From an uncultured bacterium (GTDB lineage Bacteria; Patescibacteriota; Minisyncoccia; Phycocordibacterales; CAIRYW01), in contig CAVYBO010000002.1 in the NCBI GenBank assembly GCA_963766885.1, positions 175,141 through 239,140 of the forward strand: 64,000 bases of DNA. The letters are read 5' to 3'. The notes below the pieces were generated by a model, which saw only the letters and a list, made by a program, of their open reading frames with translations, was not told where the DNA came from and did no database searches. Both the position numbers and the translations under genes were made by a program. Positions within the stretch are counted from its first letter, which is position 1. Each line of letters starts with the position of its first letter. Shown piece after piece: positions 58,552 through 64,000 of the stretch.

Positions 58552-58616
58552 TGAAATGGGGGAAGTACAGTGAATCAAAGGAATCCTTCCAGAGATGTCT
58601 AAAGCGTGAGTGAGTT

Positions 58617-59690
58617 ATGAATGCAAATCCGCAGCTTGCTGTATCAGTACAGACAGGTCTGGTCCGCTGGTTTGACCGCCGCCTCGATAAGAGGTTCGGC
58701 TTCATTACCTTGGACTGGAAAAACCCAAAGGAGGAAGACATTTTCTTCCACCTCAACGACAACGCCATCGTCTACGGAGACGCTGGTCAACCATACTTCC
58801 GGACTGACCCGGCGAACAAACCGGCTAGGCTCCCTGAAGAGGGTGACCTGGTGGTGTTTGAAACTCAGCATCCTCCACGTGGTCCGAAGGCCAAGCCTTG
58901 GGCTTACCTTCATGACTACGAGGCGATCGTGCGCGGTATTTCTCCGCAGCCGCTGTACCGACTGGTCGGGCACTACCATATTTCAGACGGCGGCAAGGAG
59001 AAAAAAGGTCCTCGGATTATCTTCTGGGGCGGCCTGTCTCTCGACTCGCTGTATCTCCGGTATCCGGACTGTCGAGCGGATCTCGCAGCCATCAAGTGGT
59101 GCTTCCGGTTGCCCTGCTCGAAAGTCGAAGGTATCCATCTGGAAGTTCTGCCCGCGGAAGCGGACAAGTACGACGACTCGGCGTGGATGCCTTACGAAAT
59201 TCCGGAAGATGCGGACGACGATGTCGTTCTCATTACAGAACCGAAGCTCAAGATCACCGCTGAGTACGGCCACGGTGGTCACGAAACCGAGTACGTCATC
59301 CGACTCTGGGAGGAAGAACCGGGACACCCCGGCCATTACCTCAAGTGTCTCGACTTCCCGAAGGAGTTTTCCGACGAGTTCGAGATCGTGGCCAGAGCCG
59401 AGCCGAAGCGGTGGGCAGTATATCCCCGCGGTGTTCGGATCGAGGTGTACTTCACGGATCAGCTCCGGACCGAAGAGCCGGTTCCCTACGGGACACCGGG
59501 TTTCGTTAGCTTCTCTTCCAATCATTTCGAATGCAAGCGTCTCATTGAGACGACTCTGCAGCGGCTGAAAACGAAGCTCGCCAAGCTTCGCAAGGAGAAG
59601 ATCCTGGACATCTGGGCCGACGATTTAACTTCGCCCCTCATCAAGGAGCGCAAGCTTACGTTCCATGTGAACGAGGTCGTCGTGGAGTAA
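58617..59690 (+). CDS. cold-shock-domain (CSD) N-terminal fusion protein with a ~280-aa C-terminal domain of unknown function; G+C-rich foreign gene
   Basis: N-terminus GLVRWFDRRLDKRFGFITLDW…DIFFHLND matches the CSD RNP1/RNP2-like pattern. The rest is unrecognised. Abrupt rise in G+C and GC3 relative to the host. Confidence 0.45.
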   Translation: MNANPQLAVSVQTGLVRWFDRRLDKRFGFITLDWKNPKEEDIFFHLNDNAIVYGDAGQPYFRTDPANKPARLPEEGDLVVFETQHPPRGPKAKPWAYLHDYEAIVRGISPQPLYRLVGHYHISDGGKEKKGPRIIFWGGLSLDSLYLRYPDCRADLAAIKWCFRLPCSKVEGIHLEVLPAEADKYDDSAWMPYEIPEDADDDVVLITEPKLKITAEYGHGGHETEYVIRLWEEEPGHPGHYLKCLDFPKEFSDEFEIVARAEPKRWAVYPRGVRIEVYFTDQLRTEEPVPYGTPGFVSFSSNHFECKRLIETTLQRLKTKLAKLRKEKILDIWADDLTSPLIKERKLTFHVNEVVVE

Positions 59691-59766
59691 CAGGTTCACA
59701 CAATATATTAAAGGTTTGTCCCCGCCCTGAAATTCGGAGAGCCTAGAGGAAGCAGAGCCTCAAAAC

Positions 59767-59802
59767 AAAGCCGTCGCCCACAAGCGCGGCTTTTGTCTTT
59801 TT
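59767..59802 (+). terminator. rho-independent terminator after the CSD-fusion gene
   Basis: aaagccgtcgcccacaagcgcggcttt hairpin followed by TTTTGTCTTTTT. Confidence 0.6.
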
Positions 59803-59838
59803 ATATTTTATTGTAATGTCTTACCATCTGTACTTTAT

Positions 59839-60300
59839 ATGATCCAAAACAGATTACGCATCCTGTGTCTATACAACGACCAGGAACCAAGCTATCTGGA
59901 AGCGGATCCAGAATTCGAACTTCGAGATCACGAAGTAACAATCTTCGAAACGTATGTGGAAGCGAAGACAGCAATTCAGGATAGCACAAGAGGAATACCT
60001 CCTTTCGATGTTGTCCTTGCAGATGTGTCAGTGCCTGGAGGAAAATTCGAAGACGGTTTTGACGACTTCCCTTTCTCTCCAGTATTGCTTCAACCCTATC
60101 TGAGCCAAGTACTTGTGCGAGGTTTAGGCGTCTTTGCTCCGGAAGATTTCGAAACAACCTTTGAGTCCTCAGATGGATTTGCTGTGCTAGTTGCTTCGAA
60201 AGAATGTCGAACACCATTCGGCACTCGAGACTGGAGGAAACTTTTGGAACTTGTTCTCAAGGCTTCGGATGAAGCTGACCAATTCAGAGTCCGTGACTAA
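59839..60300 (+). CDS. stand-alone receiver (REC)-like domain protein with atypical acidic pocket (NDQE in place of DD); G+C-rich
   Basis: RILCLYNDQE…YVEAKTAI…FDVVLADVSVPGG…FAVLVASKE follows the CheY-like beta-alpha layout with a conserved phospho-acceptor-position Asp. Confidence 0.35.
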   Translation: MIQNRLRILCLYNDQEPSYLEADPEFELRDHEVTIFETYVEAKTAIQDSTRGIPPFDVVLADVSVPGGKFEDGFDDFPFSPVLLQPYLSQVLVRGLGVFAPEDFETTFESSDGFAVLVASKECRTPFGTRDWRKLLELVLKASDEADQFRVRD

Positions 60301-60322
60301 CCCGCTATGCGGGTATTTTTTA
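60301..60322 (+). terminator. terminator after the REC-like gene
   Basis: cccgc-tat-gcggg followed by TATTTTTTA. Confidence 0.55.
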
Positions 60323-60343
60323 TAGAAAATATTTTTTAATTTA

Positions 60344-60376
60344 AATAAAAAAATCGAGCCGCATTTCTGCAAGCTC
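60344..60376 (-). terminator. terminator of the convergent minus-strand gene 60378..61262
   Basis: cgagc-N13-gctcg hairpin followed by an A-run on + (a T-run on the minus strand). Confidence 0.55.
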
Positions 60377-60377
60377 G

Positions 60378-61262
60378 TTACTTTCGATTCATGAACATCG
60401 ATGCCGCTGCGGCCAGACCACAGAGAAGGATGAGTTCTTGATACCAGCCGTCCACATTGTGACAAGTGAACTCAACACCATATCCTCGACGAATGTCGTG
60501 AACATGCGGAGACGGATGAATTCCACAAGCATCACCTGGACAGTCGATGATCAGGTTGCCACCTGTAACCCAGGAATGGAAGGAATGTTGATGGAAGTCT
60601 TCCACCTCTCCGAACATTTGCCTGTAGGCAGATTTCTCTGCCTCAACCACTATGGGAAGCTCAACATCACTGCCGCGAGATACGGAACGCAGTAGGTCAA
60701 CGAAATCCGGACTCATCTGTCCTCCAAGGAAGTGGCGACCAGCCTGTCCCCCAAGAAGCAGAGTAAACCACTGCTTTTCCTCCGATTGGATATCCACTTC
60801 AGGTGAGAACTCGATGGCAGAAAAGAGAACCGAGAGCGAGATGCAGAGCAACCGCGCTTTGTCCCAATCACGAACCCTCTGCCATCCTGTGCCACGACAG
60901 TCCATGCAATCTCCCATGATTTCTCCGCAGCTAATTCGGTTGCGAGTTCCCTGACATTCCGGACAGACCATGCCGGTTTGGTGAATCACATGAGGAATCC
61001 TGATCCGATAGGTTATCCAGTCAGCATCAGTTTCTTCTCTGACGATAACCTCGTCAAAGCCGAAGGTGTCCTGACCAAGTCTCGTTTCGCAACGAAGGAA
61101 AAGGTCACGTTCAACACCAAAAAGCTTGAAGTGTTTGGCAGTTTCTCTGTATGGAGCTGTTTCGATGAACTTTCGATGAATCTTCAGAAACAGAGACTCT
61201 TCGTCCCTGTCCCACCACAAACCATACCACTTGGGTATGTCTTCAAAGGCGAGTACTTTCAT
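60378..61262 (-). CDS. Cys-rich zinc-ribbon (CxxCxGxG DnaJ-type repeat) protein of unknown function with C-terminal hydrophobic tail; G+C-rich
   Basis: CPECQGTRNRISCGEIMGDCMDCRGTG; C-terminal LILLCGLAAAASMF. Confidence 0.4.
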   Translation of the reverse strand: MKVLAFEDIPKWYGLWWDRDEESLFLKIHRKFIETAPYRETAKHFKLFGVERDLFLRCETRLGQDTFGFDEVIVREETDADWITYRIRIPHVIHQTGMVCPECQGTRNRISCGEIMGDCMDCRGTGWQRVRDWDKARLLCISLSVLFSAIEFSPEVDIQSEEKQWFTLLLGGQAGRHFLGGQMSPDFVDLLRSVSRGSDVELPIVVEAEKSAYRQMFGEVEDFHQHSFHSWVTGGNLIIDCPGDACGIHPSPHVHDIRRGYGVEFTCHNVDGWYQELILLCGLAAAASMFMNRK

Positions 61263-61301
61263 ATCTGACTGGATATTACTACAACGCGTTTACTGTGCAA
61301 G

Positions 61302-61751
61302 TTATAGAGTGTCCAAAGCTTTTACAGCAAAGAATTTAATATCTTCTCTCAAATCCATATTTTGCAATTCTTCTTTGTTAAGCCACTTCCACTCATCTTC
61401 TGGTTTTTCTGGGATAACTTTGTCTGTATTTGAACTGGCAAAATAGACATTAACCACATGTTCATGAGTATTTGTTATATTGTGTCTGCCTAAAGAAATC
61501 GGAGGAATTAATTGCTTGTTTTCTTTGTCTTCATGATGAAATACTTGGTTACCGTTCCATAATTTCACATCCAACCCAACTTCTTCTTTCACTTCTCTTA
61601 AAGCTGCTTGATTTGGATCTTCATCAAGTTCAATATGTCCACCAACACTTAACCAGATTTTGTATTTATCGTGCAGTCTAAGCAGAACTTTGTTTTTATG
61701 AACAACAAAGACCTCAACAACAAAATCAATTTTTTCGTGGATGTGGGGCAT
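61302..61751 (-). CDS. NUDIX hydrolase
   Basis: Nudix box GGHIELDEDPNQAALREVKEEVGL. Confidence 0.7.
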   Translation of the reverse strand: MPHIHEKIDFVVEVFVVHKNKVLLRLHDKYKIWLSVGGHIELDEDPNQAALREVKEEVGLDVKLWNGNQVFHHEDKENKQLIPPISLGRHNITNTHEHVVNVYFASSNTDKVIPEKPEDEWKWLNKEELQNMDLREDIKFFAVKALDTL

Positions 61752-61752
61752 A

Positions 61753-62190
61753 TTATTTATCCCACCCAAACTCCGAGTAAAAGATTCCTTTCCTGTAACA
61801 TTCGATAGCTTCTCTGATATATGGGATAGTGTTTTCTGGCAGATTGCTAATATCAAACCAGCTAAGATCACTGCATTTGTCTGATTCAATGTTTGTGATC
61901 TCACCTTTCCACTTTTTTGGTTCAAAGAAGAAATCCATTCGTTCATCATTACCTATTCTGTGCATTACTACTTTTAAGTCTAAATCATTAGGATTAATAT
62001 CTACACCACTTTCTTCTTTTGCTTCTCTGACAGCTGCGGAAGTCATAGCTTCATTTCCATCTACGTGTCCAGCGACAAGACTATAGTTTCCATCTTCGTA
62101 TCCTGTGTTCGCTCTACGAAGGAGCAAGATTTTCTCTTCTTTTCTGAAGAATAGATAGACTGAAGCGATTAATTTGAATTTTTCTTTCAT
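61753..62190 (-). CDS. NUDIX hydrolase
   Basis: Nudix box AGHVDGNEAMTSAAVREAKEESGV. Confidence 0.75.
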   Translation of the reverse strand: MKEKFKLIASVYLFFRKEEKILLLRRANTGYEDGNYSLVAGHVDGNEAMTSAAVREAKEESGVDINPNDLDLKVVMHRIGNDERMDFFFEPKKWKGEITNIESDKCSDLSWFDISNLPENTIPYIREAIECYRKGIFYSEFGWDK

Positions 62191-62195
62191 AATAA

Positions 62196-63050
62196 TTAAC
62201 TCACATTATGTGGATTCCACGCCTCATGAGCATTCTCATTCAGATCATCAAGTTTCTTCATGTCTTCTGGTTCAAGTTCAAAGTTGAAGACGCTGATGTT
62301 TTGTTCAATTCTACCTTTGTGAACAGACTTTGGTATTGGTACACAGCCGTGTTGAATGCTCCAGCGAATTAATACTTGTGCGTTGGTCTTGTTGTACTTT
62401 TGTGCGATAGCAGTGATACGTTCATCTTCTAGTTTTCTTCCTTTGATTAGTGGGCTATAGGCTTCTAGTACTATGTCGTGTTTTTTACAATAGTTTAATA
62501 GTTCTTCTTGATATAGGAATGGATGAAATTCTACTTGGTTTACTGTAGGATGGACATTCTGGTATTTTTTCATTTCTTCCAGATGGGAAATTGTGTAATT
62601 TGATACTCCGATCGCTTTGGCCTTTCCAGATCGGTATATCTCTTCCATAGCTCTCCAAGTTTCTGCTCTCTTGTTTATACTTACAGTCCTATCTCCACTA
62701 GCGCTTGGCCAGTGAATTAAATAGAGATCAACGTATTTGAGATCTAGTCTTTCAAGAGAAGCGTCAATGGCTTTTAGTGCACTTTCATATCCATGATCTT
62801 CGTTCCAGAGTTTAGTAGTAACAAAGATTTCTTCTCTTGGTAATTTAGACTTCTTTATAGCTTTCCCTACTCCTACTTCATTACCATATATCATTGCGGT
62901 ATCAATCATTCGGTATCCTGCTTCAAGTGCCCATTCTATTGCATTTTCTACTTCATCTCCTTCCTGGGATTGATATACACCGAGACCCATTACAGGAATT
63001 TCTGTTTGGTTGTTTAGAGTTATTTTTGAGTTGGGGTTTAGTTTGTTCAT
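62196..63050 (-). CDS. aldo/keto reductase
   Basis: GLGVYQS…GYRMIDTAMIYGNE…LWNEDHGYE…LDLKYVDLYLIHWP canonical AKR motifs. Confidence 0.85.
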   Translation of the reverse strand: MNKLNPNSKITLNNQTEIPVMGLGVYQSQEGDEVENAIEWALEAGYRMIDTAMIYGNEVGVGKAIKKSKLPREEIFVTTKLWNEDHGYESALKAIDASLERLDLKYVDLYLIHWPSASGDRTVSINKRAETWRAMEEIYRSGKAKAIGVSNYTISHLEEMKKYQNVHPTVNQVEFHPFLYQEELLNYCKKHDIVLEAYSPLIKGRKLEDERITAIAQKYNKTNAQVLIRWSIQHGCVPIPKSVHKGRIEQNISVFNFELEPEDMKKLDDLNENAHEAWNPHNVS

Positions 63051-63072
63051 GGAGTGATTATATCAAGAATTT

Positions 63073-63462
63073 TTAACCCCTAGCTTCAAGAATAGTTTTG
63101 AGCTTTTCTAGGTTTTCCATTTCAAAGGGATTATTTAGGCCACCTCCTTCTACCCATTCGAAATATTCAAGTTCAGTTTCATTTTCTGAAATAGACGTGT
63201 ACGTATATCGAACAGTATAGATAGGTGGAATTGATTTCAATTCAAAAACTTTATCGTCTTTAAACTGAGATACTTCATATATATTTATATTTCCTTGTTT
63301 GTCTTGGTTTGTATAGCGAGTTCCAATTCCCATTACATTTCCCTCAATTGATTCACTTGAAATAGAATCAATCCATTGGGGTGTATTAGATGGAGTAATT
63401 GTGAAATCAAAAACTTCCGAGACAGGTCGATTAATTCTGATTGTTAATTTATTTTCTTTCAT
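63073..63462 (-). CDS. hypothetical protein (possibly SRPBCC/Bet v1-like fold)
   Basis: 129-aa beta-rich pattern; weak. Confidence 0.3.
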   Translation of the reverse strand: MKENKLTIRINRPVSEVFDFTITPSNTPQWIDSISSESIEGNVMGIGTRYTNQDKQGNINIYEVSQFKDDKVFELKSIPPIYTVRYTYTSISENETELEYFEWVEGGGLNNPFEMENLEKLKTILEARG

Positions 63463-63797
63463 TAGAACAACTTTCCACCAATAACAGGAGTGTCTTTGTC
63501 AGGAGTCATAAGAATTACTTTACCTTCACTATCAGGTACACCAAGGGTAAGGACTTCAGATTCAAATGGTCCGATTTTTCTTGGAGGAAAATTTACTACA
63601 CCCATTACTAGTTTGTCTTTCAATTCTTCTTTCTTATATAGAGCTACGATTTGGACAGAAGAGTTTTTGATTCCTATCTCTGATCCAAAATCTATCTTCA
63701 GTTTGTATGCCGGTTTCTTTGCTTCCGGGAAATCGTTTACCTCTATTATTTTGCCTACTCTAATATCCAGTTTCTGGAAATCTTCTATTGTTGCCAT
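63462..63797 (-). CDS. tRNA-binding domain protein (CsaA/Trbp111/EMAP-like)
   Basis: IEDFQKLDIRVGKIIEV…KPAYKLKIDFG…VQIVALY…LVMGVVNFPPRKIG OB-fold tRNA-binding signature. Start moved to an internal Met. Confidence 0.7.
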   Translation of the reverse strand: MATIEDFQKLDIRVGKIIEVNDFPEAKKPAYKLKIDFGSEIGIKNSSVQIVALYKKEELKDKLVMGVVNFPPRKIGPFESEVLTLGVPDSEGKVILMTPDKDTPVIGGKLF

Positions 63798-63825
63798 ATT
63801 ATTGTTTAGTTTAAGTTTTTTAATA

Positions 63826-64000
63826 CTACCAAGGTAGTTTTTCTTGCTTGAACCAGAATTGTCCTGTCTCAGGTTTTGATTCAGCAAATTTGAAGATATC
63901 TTCTGCTGATTCTTTAGTTTCCATTGGGGCATCAGCTCCGCCCATATCAGTTTTTACCCAACCGGGATGAATTGAAGATACTAGTATTTTTCCTTGTAGG
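63826..64000 (-). CDS. short-chain dehydrogenase/reductase, 3' end only (gene continues beyond the window)
   Basis: C-terminal …IHPGWVKTDMGG… SDR motif. Confidence 0.5.
   Translation of the reverse strand, partial: LQGKILVSSIHPGWVKTDMGGADAPMETKESAEDIFKFAESKPETGQFWFKQEKLPW

Larger units (their letters stand above)
57418..58569 (+). mobile_element. IS3-family insertion sequence (~1.15 kb) with ~38-bp imperfect inverted repeats; no target-site duplication evident
   Basis: IRL TGGCCCTCCCCCCAAATTTCATACACCAACCTTGT versus reverse complement of IRR TGTACTTCCCCCATTTCATCAGACACTAACCTTGT. orfA/orfB overlap at an A6G slippery site. Flanks atg / gtg do not match. Confidence 0.8.

Noticed and set aside
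57418-58569. Simple IS3 insertion into iscU with a target-site duplication
   Set aside because: The 3-bp flanks differ (atg vs gtg), and the sequence after the IS right end does not continue iscU. A rearrangement is more likely than a clean insertion.
58621-59568. 315-aa alternative-frame ORF and antisense ORFs (58983..59525, 58644..58979) inside the G+C-rich region
   Set aside because: These are typical long spurious frames produced by high-GC DNA. They overlap the 357-aa CSD-fusion ORF, which has a recognisable N-terminal cold-shock domain and a terminator.
1-64000. CRISPR arrays, rRNA genes, group I/II introns, prophage integrase
   Set aside because: No regularly spaced direct repeats were seen, no rRNA-like conserved blocks, and no integrase or recombinase ORFs other than the two transposases.

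Overview
AT-rich window that reads like a small-genome Candidate Phyla Radiation / Patescibacteria-type bacterium: short proteins, T4SS-type pilin paralogs, an orphan solute-binding protein, no respiratory genes, and anaerobic class III ribonucleotide reductase nrdDG next to iscSU. Housekeeping content includes gyrA, rpsA, pth, lepB, a HisRS-like gene, rpsU-ybeY-ftsA-ftsZ, trxB, tsaD, valS, hsp20, lepA, murJ, murI, and a lower-glycolysis cluster (eno, a truncated pyruvate kinase, gpmA, a 2-hydroxyacid dehydrogenase) plus pyrD. I located six tRNAs by hand: Ser-TGA, Ser-CGA, Glu-TTC, Val-GAC, Phe-GAA and Arg-CCT. A bacterial RNase P RNA (rnpB) sits at about 41181..41530 on the minus strand, where the ORF track shows only a spurious ORF. 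Two mobile elements are present. One is an IS1595-family transposase inside a ~2.4 kb element bounded by imperfect inverted repeats that splits a secreted-protein gene and carries tRNA-Ser plus cargo. The other is an IS3-family IS (orfA/orfB with an A6G slippery site) lying exactly at the end of a ~1.1 kb segment duplicated 10.7 kb apart (an FNR-like flavoprotein gene plus the 3' end of iscU). Directly after the IS3 there is a sharply G+C-rich three-gene island of apparent foreign origin: a cold-shock-domain fusion protein, a receiver-like protein and a Cys-rich zinc-ribbon protein, all of unknown function; this is the best candidate for a novel system. Other observations: a promoter-to-terminator ~88 nt structured small-RNA candidate (7483..7570), a palindromic operator between an ArsR-like gene and nrdD, probable frameshifts in a pilin paralog and a CofE-like gene, a pyruvate kinase lacking B and C domains, and a class-2-architecture DHODH with a Cys catalytic base next to the duplicated flavoprotein. 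No CRISPR array was found. All coordinates are hand-derived and approximate (about ±5 nt for RNAs, IS ends and repeats).
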